The notes under the pieces were generated by a model, which saw only the letters and a list, made by a program, of their open reading frames with translations, was not told the DNA's origin and did no database searches. From Eledone cirrhosa (lineage: Eukaryota): DNA of 64,000 bases. Every line of letters begins with the position of its first letter. Within the stretch, counting starts at the first letter, position 1. Of the stretch, positions 45,804 through 61,216 are shown piece after piece. A program made the position numbers and the translations under genes. The stretch lies in contig OZ024749.1 in assembly GCA_964016885.1 (NCBI GenBank), positions 31,310,001 through 31,374,000 of the forward strand, read 5' to 3'.

Positions 45804-46879
45804 GTGTGTGAGTGTAAGTATATATGTATATGCGTTTGTACGTGTTTTTCTCAGTGTGTATATATAACATGATTTCTTTAAAGTGTATCGTTATAGTATG
45901 GCTTTAATTATTCGTGTTAACTATTTCTCTTGATTAAATCTACGTTAAAGAAATATTATATATAACTTACTTAATGGAAAGGGGAAAGGAAAAGAGATAA
46001 AAGAAGCTGAACATTATACCGGCCAAAGGAATCTATTCATTTCTCTATAGGTATTTCCATTGTTGATCCTATCTTCTGGTTTCAACCCCTAGAAGATCTT
46101 GTTGAAACTTGAGCTCAATGGAGTTTATATAATTTTCTTGTTGATATGTTGACCAATTGGCTGAATAATATCATAAAACTTTACACACAGACAAAGATAC
46201 AAAAGCAAATATTATGTATAGTAATTATTAAGGATAAACGCATATTAACAGTTTCTAATTTTGGCTCATCTATACCGGAAGTATGTCAGTAAATGTTGAC
46301 GTTAGTGAAATGTAAAGACAGAATGTAAAAGGACGTAACTAAATTCCATACACATTTTGTCCGACGCTCTAACGATTCTGCCACTCCAATAATTGCGATG
46401 GAGTGGCAGAATCGTTAGAGCGTCAATACCTCTAATAATTGTTTCAATTTTGGGCACAAGGCCAGCAATTATCCCAGTGCATTACTGGTACTTTATTTTA
46501 TCGACCTCGTAAGGATGAAAGCAAAGTTAACCTCGGTGGGATTTGAACTCGGACCGTAAAGGGACGTACCTCTATGTTGCAATTCATGGCGTCCGACCCT
46601 CTACTGATACTGCCATTCCACCGGTCTCTAATAATGGTTTCAAATTTATGCACAAGGTCAACTTTTGAATGGCAGATTGAAAAGTCGAGGAAATCTAACC
46701 CTGCACTTGATTAGTACTATATTTTATCGACCTAGGAGGATGATAAACAACGTTGGTCTCCCTTGGGAATTGAACCCAAACATTAGAGAGCCAAACGATA
46801 TACACCTATTAAAGTTTGGTATGATTTTTTAACCACGCTGGCTATCTACTTCCTTACCATTCGTAGAAATACTAATAAT

Positions 46880-47505
46880 TAAACAAACTCTAATAATTGT
46901 TTCTACTTTAGGCACAAGGCCAGCAATTACCCAGTGCATTACTGGTACTTTATTTTATCGACCCCGTAAGGATGAAAGGTAAAGTCAACCTCGGCGGGAT
47001 TTGAACTCAGATCGTAAACAAACTCTAATAATGATTTCTAGTATAGGCACAAGGCCAGTAATTTGGGGGAAGGCGAAAGTCGATTAAATCGACCCAGTAC
47101 GTTACTGGTGCTTTATTTTATCGAACCCGCAAGAATGAAAGGCAAGGTTAACCTCGGTGTGATTTGAACTCAGACCGTAAAGGGCCGTCACTCTATGCTG
47201 CAAAGCATGACGTCCGACTCTCTACCGATACTGCCAATCCACCGCCCTTAAACGAACTCTAATAATAGTTTCTGATTTAGGAACAAAGCCAATATTTTCT
47301 CTTTTAGGGGGTGGAGTGGGGTCGATTAAATCACCCCCAGAGCGTCACAGGTACAGTATTTTATCGAACCCTTTAAGGATTTAAGGCAAAGCTATCCTCG
47401 GCGGGATTTGAATTGGGACTGTAAGTATATGCCGCAAAGCATGTTGTTTCATTGACGCTCTACCGATACTGCCAATCCACCGCCCTAAACAAACTCTAAT
47501 AATGA
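46880..47505 (-). mobile_element. Stack of three SINE copies
   Basis: aaac(a/g)aactctaataat recurs near 46881, 47015, 47250 and 47487. Confidence 0.9.
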
Positions 47506-48305
47506 TTATTTCCAACAAAGCCACAAATTTGATGTTGGTTGAATCATAAAGAGTCGGATCATAAAGAGCCGGATCAAATTGCGCGGAACAACTTATCTGA
47601 CATTCCACCGGTTCTACCAATCTTCCGCCCTAAATAAAAGTATATTTAGAAACAGAGCAACAAAATACCTGCATGTAATTGTATATACACCCACATATAC
47701 AGGTAATAGCAAATACTTTGCTTCCATTGTAATTAGGAAATAAGATGTGAATGACATATTTAAATAGTAACGAAAATCGATATAATTAAATTAATAAAAA
47801 AAATCGATGATTCTTGTTTCCCTTCTACTTAACACTAAACTGCCAAACATAGATATTACTTTTTTCTTTGGTGGAACATACACATCATTAGAGGAATCAA
47901 AAGAAGATATTTTTCATTTAATCGACAAAAAAAAAGTCAAAACCGATTTTATAAAAAACAGATCGAAAGGTGATCATTTACATTAACACCGCTTTCTTCT
48001 CTCATTATTAACCCTTTTATTAACGGTGGATTGGCAGTATCGGTAGAGGGTCGGACGCCATGGTTTGACGCATAGAGTTACGTACGTCCCTTGCCATTCT
48101 GAGTTCAAATCCTGCCGAGGTTAACTTTGCTTTTCATCCTCACGGGGTCGATGAAATAAAGTACCAGTAATGCACTGGGTAATTTCTGGCCTTGTGCCTA
48201 AATAGAAACAATTATTTACCCTTTTGATACAATCCCGCACAAAACATAATTCGTTATTATTTAACAACAGAAGCAGCCATTTCTTAAAATCATTCCTACA
48301 TAATT

Positions 48306-50117
48306 ATACACAAGGTAATATTGTGGGAAGGGACCCACAGGAGATGCAGTAGAGGAAGATATACACAAGGTAATATTGTGGGAAGGAACCCACAGGAGAT
48401 GCAGTAGAGGAAGATATACACATGGTAATATTGTGGGAAGGAACCCACGGGAGATGCAGTAGAGGAAGATATACACAAGGTAATATTGTGGGAAGGAACC
48501 CGCAGGAGATGCAGTAGAGGAAGTTATATACAAGGTAATATTGTGGGAAGGAACCCACGGGAGATGCAGTAGAGGAGGATATATACAAGGTAATATTGTG
48601 GGAAGGAACCCACAGGAGATGCAGTATAGGAAGATATACACAAGGTAATATTGTGGGAAGGAACCCACAGGAGATGCAGTAGAGGAAGATATACACAAGG
48701 TAATATTGTGGGAAGGAACCCACAGGAGATGCAGTAGAGGAAGATATACACAAGGTAATATTGTGGGAAGGAACCCACGGGAGACGCAGTAGAGGAGGAT
48801 ATATACAAGGTAATATTGTGGGAAGGAACCCACAGGAGATGCAGTAGAGGAAGATATATACAAGGTAATATTGTGGGAAGGAACCCACGGGAGATGCAGT
48901 AGAGGAAGATATATACAAGGTAATATTGTGGGAAGGAACCCACGGGAGATGCAGTAGAGGAAGATATATACAAGGTAATATTGTGGGAAGGAACCCACAG
49001 GAGACGCAGTAGAGGAAGATATACACAAGGTAATATTGTGGGAAGGAACCCACAGGAGACGCAGTAGAGGAAGATATATACAAGGTAATATTGTGGGAAG
49101 GACCCACAGGAGATGCAGTAGAGGAAGATATACACAAGGTAATATTGTGGGAAGGAACCCACAGGAGATGCAGTAGAGGAAGATATACACAAGGTAATAT
49201 TGTGGGAAGGAACCCACGGGAGATGCAGTAGAGGAAGATATACACAAGGTAATATTGTGGGAAGGAACCCGCAGGAGATGCAGTAGAGGAAGTTATATAC
49301 AAGGTAATATTGTGGGAAGGAACCCACGGGAGATGCAGTAGAGGAGGATATATACAAGGTAATATTGTGGGAAGGAACCCACAGGAGATGCAGTATAGGA
49401 AGATATACACATGGTAATATTGTGGGAAGGAACCCACAGGAGATGCAGTAGAGGAAGATATACACAAGGTAATATTGTGGGAAGGAACCCACAGGAGATG
49501 CAGTAGAGGAAGATATACACAAGGTAATATTGTGGGAAGGAACCCACGGGAGACGCAGTAGAGGAGGATATATACAAGGTAATATTGTGGGAAGGAACCC
49601 ACAGGAGATGCAGTAGAGGAAGATATATACAAGGTAATATTGTGGGAAGGAACCCACGGGAGATGCAGTAGAGGAAGATATATACAAGGTAATATTGTGG
49701 GAAGGAACCCACAGGAGATGCAGTAGAGGAAGATATATACAAGGTAATATTGTGGGAAGGAACCCACAGGAGACGCAGTAGAGGAAGATATATACAAGGT
49801 AATATTGTGGGAAGGAACCCACGGGAGACGCAGTAGAGGAGGATATATACAAGGTAATATTGTGGGAAGGAACCCACAGGAGATGCAGTAGAGGAAGATA
49901 TATACAAGGTAATATTGTGGGAAGGAACCCACGGGAGATGCAGTAGAGGAAGATATACACAAGGTAATATTGTGGGAAGGAACCCACAGGAGACGCAGTA
50001 GAGAAAGATATATACAAGGTAATATTGTGGGAAGGAACCCACGGGAGATGCAGTAGAGGAAGATATATACAAGGTAATATTGTGGGAAGGAACCCACGGG
50101 AGATGCAGTAGAGGAAG
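48306..50117. repeat. 55-bp satellite, ~33 copies
   Basis: Unit atacacaaggtaatattgtgggaaggaacccacaggagatgcagtagaggaagat. Confidence 0.98.
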
Positions 50118-51338
50118 ACCTGCTTGAACCGTCATCGATCAACTTTCAAACGTTACACACCGTAACTTTCAAACGTTACAAATGCTTGATACCGTAACTC
50201 TTGAATGAGTCGTAGGGTCGCCATATTGACATACGGCATATCTAGGGCATTTTTTAAACCTAGATAAGGCTATCTCATCTCCAGATATCTTTAATCTGTA
50301 TACAGCAGATTTCTTCAAGATAATGTGTGAGTATATGAGTGAGAAAGAGATATATAGGAAGAATCTATCCTAGTATCTGACTGGAACTCTTTTAACAACT
50401 TGGAATGGAAGAAAGGCTAATTTGACCTCGGTGGGATTTGAACTCAGAGAGGAGAGAGCCAAAACTAGCACTACAAAGCATTCTATCCGAGGTTCTAACG
50501 ACTCTGCGAATTCGCTACGGACATATAGAGGAAAATAAATGGAAAACAGGGTAGAGAGCTGATCAAAGCTCCTTTATTCCAATTCTTTACGATTTGTTTT
50601 TAAAACCCACTAAAGTTAACCTTTCCTTCCCTCCTTTCAGGTTCGATCAAGTAAAGTAAAGTTCAAGCACTGAGATCGATTTAATCGACTATTTCCTAAA
50701 CTTAAGTCGGTTGAACTCCACAGGGAACCATTTTCAGTACATATACACAGATACACAAAACACACACACACATACAAATACACACAGACTCACGCATACA
50801 CACACACACGCACGCACACACATACATATATATACATATATATATAAACATATATGTATGTATGTAAATTTACTTACATAGTACTGAGACTAGAGTAGAT
50901 CGAACTCTATATGCTTTTTACGTTTGAAATTACGACTGCAATTGAGCATATCCAGGCATATCCAGCCGAATGTTTCCTATGCAAGAGGTCATAGTCTTTA
51001 ACCTATTCTCAACTCAGTGCCGTGTGAGAAAATCTCACTAACGAAGGATAAAAACCCAGAAATTTCTATCTGTTATTCCCAACGTCAACTAAGGTAGCTG
51101 TGACATTATCACTTATTAAAAAAGGTATAGCGATACTCTCATATATCTATTATACATAAACATATCGTATATTCTTTTATATAAATCCCTGACATTTCTT
51201 ATCGAAACAACAAAAGCTCAGACGTAGGTCCCTAACTATCTAGTATATTTACACTCTATTATCCCTAGTATCGAATACTTTACTGAAAAATCTTCTTACT
51301 AGTTTAAACTAGTGAAATCCTGATCCCTCCCCTATTTG

Positions 51339-51432
<94 letters not shown>

Positions 51433-51697
51433 TGAGGTGTGTGTGTGGTTGTGTGTATGTGTGTATGTGTGTGTGGATAGATAACGTGCGGTACTAGATC
51501 CTCAGGCGTTATTATATTCATATTGGATTATTGATACTATTCAAATCAATAAGTTAATCATCTTTATTTACTGATATATATTCTTTTCTATAAATAAATA
51601 AATTCTTTCTTGTATTATATAAACATATTTCTACAATACTGGTGTTTTGAAATTTTATTTTACGTATATATATATATACGTATATATATATAGAGCG

Positions 51698-51762
<65 letters not shown>

Positions 51763-51899
51763 TGTTTATATATATACACACACACACATACACACAGTCA
51801 CACACACACATACACATATATATATATACAAAGAGTCTCCACATTCACCGAACCCTTGTTCCTTTGGCATAATGATAGACCCGTACACTCAAATACGCC

Positions 51900-51948
<49 letters not shown>

Positions 51949-52046
51949 GGAGGTGAGTTTTATTGTAGTACAATAAAGCAATGCAGATATGTTGATTTAA
52001 AACTGCACTATCCACAAGTGTTTTTAACCTTCATATCATGTCCTCC

Positions 52047-52117
52047 TATTTTATCTGATGAAAACACAAATGTTATTGCATGATGATATTTGTTTTTGAA
52101 ATGCGCATAATAAAATA
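52047..52117 (+). ncRNA. Intact type I hammerhead ribozyme in a ~200 bp insert within (TA)n
   Basis: tattttat CTGATGA(52055-61), 16-bp stem II with one mismatch (52062-97), GAAA(52098-101), TGCGCA, TA^(52109), ataaaata. Stem I is a perfect 8 bp. Confidence 0.9.
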
Positions 52118-52241
52118 CATGGAACTCATTTAACCATCTTTTGATCTTATATATTATATATATATTTATATATAGGAACGATCGACTTTCGTCAAATCGG
52201 ACCGAGGGAACAATGTTTCCGTTGGTCTTTCCAATTGCTAA

Positions 52242-52282
<41 letters not shown>

Positions 52283-52492
52283 CTCATTGAAATCGAGGAG
52301 GTTGTGAGTTCAATTCTTGGACCAGGCGATCCGTTATGTCCTTGAGCAAGACACTTTATTTCACGTTGCTCCTTCTACCTGGAGTTGTGACCGATAGATA
52401 GTATTAGCAATTGGAAAGACCAACGGAAACATTGTTCCCTCGGTCCGATATCGTATTGCGAATCCAATTCTCTAACCACTCAGCCACACGCC

Positions 52493-52605
<113 letters not shown>

Positions 52606-52607
52606 AC

Positions 52608-52694
<87 letters not shown>

Positions 52695-53178
52695 TCTATT
52701 TATATATGTAATTTTGTATGTACCCATGTATGTGTATATCTATATACAAAGATTCTTTATCTACCATCTTTAACCTGGAATGTTCCTTATGTTCTATATT
52801 GTTACAATTCTTTCAATAGTCATATTAATTTTAACACGCAAAGCTACGTTAACTTTCAGAATAAAACTTCGTTTAGTCTTCAATTCTTTGCTTTCGTTAG
52901 TGTTATGATTTACTGATAATATGTGGTATATCTTATATATATTTTTTGTCATACATCTAAACATGTTTACATGTTTCATCATTCTCTTGTATCGCACACA
53001 CACACCCACACACACACATGCACGCGCGCGCGCGCACACACAGGCACATACAGACGTACAGACACATTCATATATATATATATATATATATAAATATATA
53101 TATATAAGCTGCCTACAAAAAGCGAATGCCTGTATGTTATCTCGTATATATATATACACACATATATATATATATATT

Positions 53179-53262
<84 letters not shown>

Positions 53263-53504
53263 TGTATGTACGTGTCTATACTCCTATATACACACATATA
53301 AATGAGTTTCGGAGAAATATTGTTCCATTTTAAAGGTGAAGAGCTAATAGAGAAACATGAAGAAACTTATAACAAAGAATATATCCAGAATATATCCAAC
53401 TCAGTCACGTCTTTAATTCAACATGTTTGGAGGAAAAGCTGATCCTTACTCATGCAGATATCTATGTATCTGTCTGTCACTATATATATATATATATATA
53501 CAAC

Positions 53505-53549
<45 letters not shown>

Positions 53550-53655
53550 CTCATAATATATATTATTAATATATGTATATATTATAAGGTATATATATAT
53601 GTATGTATATATATATATATTAATATATATATATATGTATACATATATATATATA

Positions 53656-53774
<119 letters not shown>

Positions 53775-55589
53775 AAGAGAGAGAGATAAATACTCACGTA
53801 TCGTATAATACAGCATAATACAACTTATAATATTCGATAATGTTTGTGCTATGACCACTTACATGTCTTTTATTGAATAAACGGAAACTTTATTGTATGG
53901 TTAAATCTAATATTGATGAAATGAATGTTGCTTATACTGTTGTTGTTGCTATTGTTGTCTTGTATATTTGAATTGTTCACATCTATGTTGTAGTTTCCGT
54001 TTACGTTGTAATTTTATGAATACAAAACGAGATAATTTATCTATAAATATTCTTTAGGTGTGATGTAATTTGAACGTTTGGGGAGGTTATTGGGTATTAT
54101 TTGTGAGAAAATGCTGCATGAATTTGGTAAAATTATGACATAACTTTCGACTGATTTTCTGGTAATCGTTTCAATTATATTTTTATTCTTCGCACTTAAC
54201 GTAATTACTCGTGGAAGAATTGACGTCATCGCGTTATTTCTAAAACTCGGTTGTTCAACTACATCGTATTAACTAGCATAACCGCAGTAGGTTTAATCTG
54301 TCGCGTATTTTAGCACCACCACTTATTCCTTAGCTGCACCTAACCGATTCTATACTGTTACTATACATTTAAGCTACCCCTTCCCTGCCCCTTACTCATA
54401 CACAGAGTTAACCAGTGCTGATTCCTAACATCACCACAAGCTAATATCTTAGTGTCTCTTGATAAAGTCCATATGTTTGCAAGTATTTGCCCATCCAACT
54501 TTGTACTTCAGACATAGTCATTTTATGAAATGTGTCGTCTGCCCTTTTAATGTAGTAAGTTTCGGTTTGAATGTGATTTGGTTGTTAATTCTAGCAGCTG
54601 AATCAACCAAATATAGGATTCCTAGTTGGTGTATGTGCTAAGTATGCAAAATAAATGTATGTTATCATTTTAGAACGAGAGCGGTGGATTGGCAGTATCG
54701 GTGGAGGGTAGGACGTCATGTTTTACAGCATAGAATTACGCCCCCTTACCGTCTGATTTCAAATCCCGCTGAGGTTAACTTTGCCTTTCATTTTTACGGA
54801 GTCGATAAAATAAACTACCAGTAATACACTGGTATAATTGCTGGCCTTGTGCCAAAAGTAGAAACAATTATTTTAGAACGAGGATATCCTTGATCTTTCG
54901 TAATCTCACGTACTACATTGCCCCATATTTCTGTATTTATAATGATAGAATGTGCATTTGGAGAAACATTGCTGCTATTTCGAGTAAATTGTGTGACCAG
55001 GCTTCTTCCTTTGTTTTTGTCTTATCTTTGGCTGTTAAAGTACAACAAACCATTAATTCATTAGTGTGTCATTTCTACATTTGATGTAGTAGAGTGTGAT
55101 TTGAAGGTAGTTTATCTGCAACTTCTAACAGGCAGAGCGATAACACAAGAGAATTCCACACTGGGTACTATATTTTATTATGTATACTGGACAGAAATAT
55201 TTGCTGTTATGTTGCTACTGGCCATATTTAATCGAGCAGAACTCTTTTCCAAACAGTTCCAGCTCTGACAATCGCGGCATTTTGTAATTGCACATATCAC
55301 ATTCTCCAATCTTTCTTAATCTAAAAGGGTCGGAACTGAATTGATGGAGATATCGCTGCTGATATTTCTAGGGACCCTCCGAGACCCAGATTATATTCAT
55401 TCGCTTACGTTTCATTAATTCCTCCCCATTTTGAATTTTCATCTAGTAAGTTTTCATTGGAGCACCATATTACCATGAGAAAGCTTTCTCAAACCTCAGT
55501 AACTATATAGATCTTATTGGGGTCATGTATAAAGAAGCAAGCCTTTTATGAACCTTTAAACTGTGAACATTCTTATAGTTGGGTATATT

Positions 55590-55935
55590 GGCATGTCATT
55601 TGATATATACTCACAGTGTACTTTAATGCTGTCTATATGGGTATGGAGTTATATACACACATGTCATTTGATATATACACATGCACTTTAATGATTTGAT
55701 ATATACACATGTACTGTAATGATTTGATATATACACATGTACTGTAATGATTTGATACATACACATGTAATTTAATGCTGTCTATATGGGTATGGAGTTA
55801 TATACACACATGTCATTTGATATATACACATGTGCTTTAACGATTTGATATATACAGATGTACTGTAATGATTTGATACATACACATGTAATTTAATGAT
55901 GTGTATATGGGTATTGAGTTCGATACACACCTGTC
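55590..55935. repeat. Nested 28-bp / ~150-bp tandem repeat
   Basis: atgatttgatatatacacatgtactgta and tatatgggtatggagttatatacacac recur. Confidence 0.9.
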
Positions 55936-56000
55936 ATAACAATCTATAATATAATAAAGGGAGGAGTGAGAGTCAGCGTTCGTTTTATATTTTATTTTTA

Positions 56001-56719
56001 TCCCGTTAGTAAAATACGTTGGATTACTTTGAATAAATAATTGTTTCTACTTTAGGCACAAGGCCAGCAATTACCCAGTACATTACTGGTACTTTATTTT
56101 ATCGACCCCGTAAGGATGAAAGGCAAAGTCAACCTCGGCGAGATTTGAACTCGGATCGTAAAGGGACGTAACTATGCTGGAAAGCATGGCGTCCGACCCT
56201 CTACCGATACTGCCAATTCAACGCCCTTTTACTTTGAATAAATAATGAATGAATATTATGTAATTTATCTATAAATTTCGTAGCTCTTGATTAAACATAA
56301 ATATTCTTATATATAACGTATTCCTTAGTTTAAGATTCACTTCTTTAAAATGTTCAAATGTCAACACTTCCGGTTACATCACTTATATAAATGTTTATAT
56401 ATTTGCATCGTTAAATAAGGGTTATATTTCCGTCGCTAATTTTCTCCTTTTTCGTTTTCATAACATTTTCGTTTTCATAACATTTTAGTTTATTATATAT
56501 GCAATTTTTATATAATATCGTCTTATTTAATGTATCATGGATTACTTTACTGATTACAGAAGATAGTGTAACACAGTCTTCGTTCAATTTCTGTGCCTAT
56601 TGTCAATTAGGATTTCATTTGACGTATCTTATCTACATGTATATATATTTGCGTATAATATAAATATACACACTACACATGCCAGCAGAAAACCACCGAA
56701 AGGGTGGTTTTTCTGCTAG
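56001..56719 (+). mobile_element. Non-autonomous Helitron-like element with nested SINE
   Basis: A^TC start; 3' hairpin agcagaaaaccacc-gaaag-ggtggtttttctgct ending CTAG^T; homologous to 11335-12096. Confidence 0.75.
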
Positions 56720-57261
56720 TGTACCTTAATGTTGAGTATATTAGTATGTATTATGTTTGATATATACACATTCATTAAACTTTTCCCAGTTTAGATTCCT
56801 TCCCAAATCCACACTTGGCTAAAGATCCTCCTCAGCCAGTCAATCACCTCCTGTTCGAGAATTACTGATTGTGGTTGGTTTTTTTTTCATTGGTACAAGT
56901 AATTCACTGTGATTCAGTACATCATCGCCATTGAGCCATTAACAACATTGGGTCATTAGCAACGCTGGGTCGTTAGCAACGTTGGGTCGTTAGCGACATT
57001 GCAAACGTCCGTATAGTTTCTTAATTATATCCATTGTGTGAAATATCTACGACTGATTGTGAAAGGAGAGACGGCATTAGTTTGGTTCAGAACATGGGAT
57101 TAAGAAAAGTATTGCCAAGAATAAAACTGGGTTATTGGGCAGAATCAGACACACGTGAGGTCATATATTTAACACACAACCATACACACAGAATCAAACA
57201 AACACACATGCATATATACATGTATATGCATAAAGCCATATGCACAGTTACATATATATAC

Positions 57262-57303
<42 letters not shown>

Positions 57304-57354
57304 TATAAATGTATATTTATATGTATATATATATATGTATATAAATATATGTAT

Positions 57355-57391
<37 letters not shown>

Positions 57392-57431
57392 AATATATAT
57401 ACATATACATATACACACACACACACACGCG

Positions 57432-57491
<60 letters not shown>

Positions 57492-57509
57492 TATACACAC
57501 ACACACACA

Positions 57510-57569
<60 letters not shown>

Positions 57570-57570
57570 T

Positions 57571-57606
<36 letters not shown>

Positions 57607-58249
57607 CACAATACGTTGATGATTGGCCATGATTCGTTAAACATTAGGACTCTTGCTGATACGATTAAGGGACGGTTAAGGCGAGGAACACTACCGCTTT
57701 AGTACAATCACACCAAGACGTATTTACTTCCATTGACAATATGTTTATTTATAATAAACCAATATATATCTTGCTATGATTATTTGAAGTTATTTCCTAG
57801 GGTTAATTACTTTAATGGCGGCCAGTGACTGAGCACTATGTTATCTTTCGTCCTTTTCCCTCCGTCTGTAATGGCTATTCGTTATCTTTTCCTTCTCATA
57901 TCTTTCCAGTTATTATATTTCCTGAGTCCTCTTTATAACCATCAACTTGTATTGTGTCTAAGATAAAATAAAATGGTTATTCCTAGTCGGCCACGGAGGC
58001 TTGGCTAGGAATATGACAATCGTTATGTTAATATTTACTATTGATATGATATGATGTGTATTATTGATTGGCAGTATTGGTAGAGGGTCGGACGCCATGC
58101 TTTCCAGCATAGTTACGTCCCTTTTACGATCTGAGTTCAAATCCTGCCGAGGTTGACTTTGCCTTTCATCCTTACGGGGGGTCGATAAAATAAAGTACCA
58201 GTAATGCACTGGGTTATTTGCTGGCCTTGTGCCTAAAGTAGAAACAATT

Positions 58250-58382
58250 AATGATGATGATGATGATGATGACGGCGGCGATAAGGATGATGATGATGAG
58301 GAGGAGGAGGAGGGGGGTTATTATGATGGTGATGATGATGATGTTGTTGATGAGTATGACCACAACGATATTGATGATAATT

Positions 58383-58421
<39 letters not shown>

Positions 58422-59781
58422 CTGATAATGATGATCATGTGTATTGATGATGATGACGATGATGAAATGAAGATGATGATGATAATGATGATTTGTATTG
58501 ATAATGATGACGATGATGATGATAAGGATAATAATTGTTTCTACTGTTGGCACAAGGCCAGCAATTATAATCAGTGTATTACTGGTACTTTATTTTATCA
58601 ACACCGTAAGTATGAAAGGCAAAGTTAAGCTCGGCGGGATTTGAACTGAGACCGTAAAGGGCCGTAACTCTATGCTGCAAAGCGTGTAGGTTCGACTCTC
58701 TACCAATACTGCCAATCAACTGATAATAATTGATCCCGCCGAGGTTAACTTTGCCTTTCATCCTTACGGGGTCGATAGAATAAAGTACCAGTAATGCACT
58801 GGGCTAATTGCTTCTACTTTTGGCACAAGGCCAGCAATTATCCCAGTACATTACTGGTACTTTATTTTATCGACCCCCGTAAGGATGAAAGGCAAAGTTA
58901 ACCTCGGCAGCATTTGCACAAAGACCATAAAGGGCCGTAACTCTGTTAGAAAGAATGGCGTCCAACCCTCTACCGATACTGCCAATTCACCGCCCCTGAT
59001 GATAATTATGATGGCGATGATGATGATGGCGATCATGACGACCATGATGATGATGATGATGATGGTGGTAAGAAAAGGAGTGAGTAGAAGGAGAAGTAGG
59101 AAGAGGAAGAGGAGAAGGATGAGGAGAGGGAGGGAGGGAGTGTAGGAAAAGATGGATTTGATGAAAATAGCGTTTATGATGAGAACATTGCTGATTATTG
59201 AAATAATAATTATGTCGGTTATTAAGATAATCTTTGGTAGGATCTTAACCATCATTATCACCATAACCATCATCATCATCGTCGTCTCCTTCACCACCAT
59301 CATTATCATCACCATAAATAACCATCAGAATCATCCTCATCGTAACCATCATCGTCTCCTTCAACATCATCATAACCATCGCCATCATAACCATCATCAT
59401 CATCATCATCGTAACCATCATCATCATCATCATCGTCAACTTCACCATCATCATAACCATCATCGTCACCTTCACCATCTTCATTATCATCATCATCGAC
59501 GTCACCATCGTCATCATCATTATTACGATCCTGATGACCATTATATTATCGTTATCATCATCACCATCATCAATACACATCACCATCGTCATCATCGTCA
59601 TCATCATCATTACCATCATCGTGAACCATCATCGGCATCAATCGTCATCATCATCATCGTCTTCATCATCACCATCATCATCATCATCACCACCATCATC
59701 ATCATCATCATCATAAAAATCATCATCATCATCGTCATCATCATCATTACCATCATCGTGTACCATCATCGGCATCAATCG

Positions 59782-59812
<31 letters not shown>

Positions 59813-59897
59813 TATCATCATCATCATCATCGTGATCATCATCATCATCATCATCATCATCATAAAAATCATCATCATCATCATCACCATCATCACC
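58250..59897. repeat. (GAT)n and (CAT)n microsatellites interleaved with SINEs
   Basis: Direct inspection; source of the poly-D/H/M/I ORFs. Confidence 0.95.
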
Positions 59898-60297
59898 GTT
59901 CAAACAGTACTATATATCACGTGCGACAACAACAATAGATAGTAATAAGAATCACAAAACACCAATTACTGTAACTTATATCAACCTTCATCAAAAAGGT
60001 AATGTAGTTCTCGGCTTTAACGAGATTTTACGGCATTATTTCCTCCAGATGGTAGTGACCCGCCGAGGTGAACTTTGCCTTTCATCCTTACGGGGTCGAT
60101 AAAATAAAGTAGTAGTAATGTACGGGGTAATTGCTGGCCTTGTGCCAAAAGTAGCAACAACTATTTCCTCCAGATACATAAACACAACGTCACAGATCAT
60201 ATCACACATCTCATGAGATTACCAACTCCCGTTTTAATCAATCTGTAACCATTTACACGATGCCATCTTTAATTAAAATTATAACTGGCAGTAAAGG

Positions 60298-60396
60298 TAC
60301 ATTAATTGAAGAAATTTAGATAATTGAGCAATTAATTGTAGCAATTATGAATTTAGCAAATAAGTATGTCATAGAAAATATACATACACCTATTAC

Positions 60397-60434
<38 letters not shown>

Positions 60435-60528
60435 GTAATAGGTGTATGTATATTTTCTATGACATACTTATTTGCTAAATTCATAATTGCTACAATTAAT
60501 TGCTCAATTATCTAAATTTCTTCAATTA

Positions 60529-60533
<5 letters not shown>
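60298..60533. repeat. Perfect palindrome centred on (TA)n
   Basis: 100-bp unique arms are exact reverse complements around TA tract 60398-60433. Confidence 0.95.
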
Positions 60534-60567
<34 letters not shown>

Positions 60568-60832
60568 TGTGTGTGTGTGAGTGTGTGTATATATATGTGC
60601 TAGTGTATATATATATATATATGTGTATGTATATATATATGTGTGTGTGTGTATATATATGTGTGTGTGTTTATATATATATATATGTGTGTGTGTGTAT
60701 ATATATATGTGTGTGTGTATATATATGTGTGTATATATATATATATGTGTGTGTATGTATATATACATGTGTGTATGTATATATGTATATATGTATATGT
60801 ATATATATATATGTATGTATATATATACGTAA

Positions 60833-60909
<77 letters not shown>

Positions 60910-60953
60910 GGAATACTGTTGGCTTCTCGCTACAATGTTTTCTATACCTTTCA

Positions 60954-60984
<31 letters not shown>

Positions 60985-61002
60985 GTGGTTACACAACAGT
61001 TA

Positions 61003-61059
61003 GTTCACCATACCGAGAACAATTGTTTCACCTTAGCGGCTCCTCAGCTCGTAATGAAC
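61003..61059 (-). ncRNA. Type I hammerhead ribozyme in the 3' pseudo-LTR of the Penelope-like element
   Basis: Minus strand: gttcattacgag CTGAGGA gcc-gctaa-ggt GAAA caattg TT^ ctcggtatggtgaac. Stem I cgag/ctcg plus gttcatta/tggtgaac; palindromic stem III; about 160 nt downstream of the endonuclease stop. Confidence 0.85.
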
Positions 61060-61216
61060 ATGGTTATACGGAACAGGTAGGTCAACCATACGAACGCGCA
61101 TGCGCAGAAACCGGTCACTTCACAGGCAATACTAAAATGCATGCGAGAGGTGTAAGGGAGATAACTGCGAAAGACCTAAAAGTTTCTAGTTGATGAGAAA
61201 ATTATGGTGTTGTAAT

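Noticed and set aside
48261-50142. Long 280-612 aa minus-strand ORFs and CRISPR-like periodicity
   Set aside because: Pure 55-bp tandem repeat open in all frames; no unique spacers, no cas genes, eukaryotic context.
54221-54228. TGACGTCA CRE site as a promoter
   Set aside because: Single 8-mer expected by chance in 64 kb; no supporting context.
59152-59835. His-rich 227-aa ORF
   Set aside because: (CAT)n microsatellite flanked by SINEs; frame shifts among I/H/S runs.
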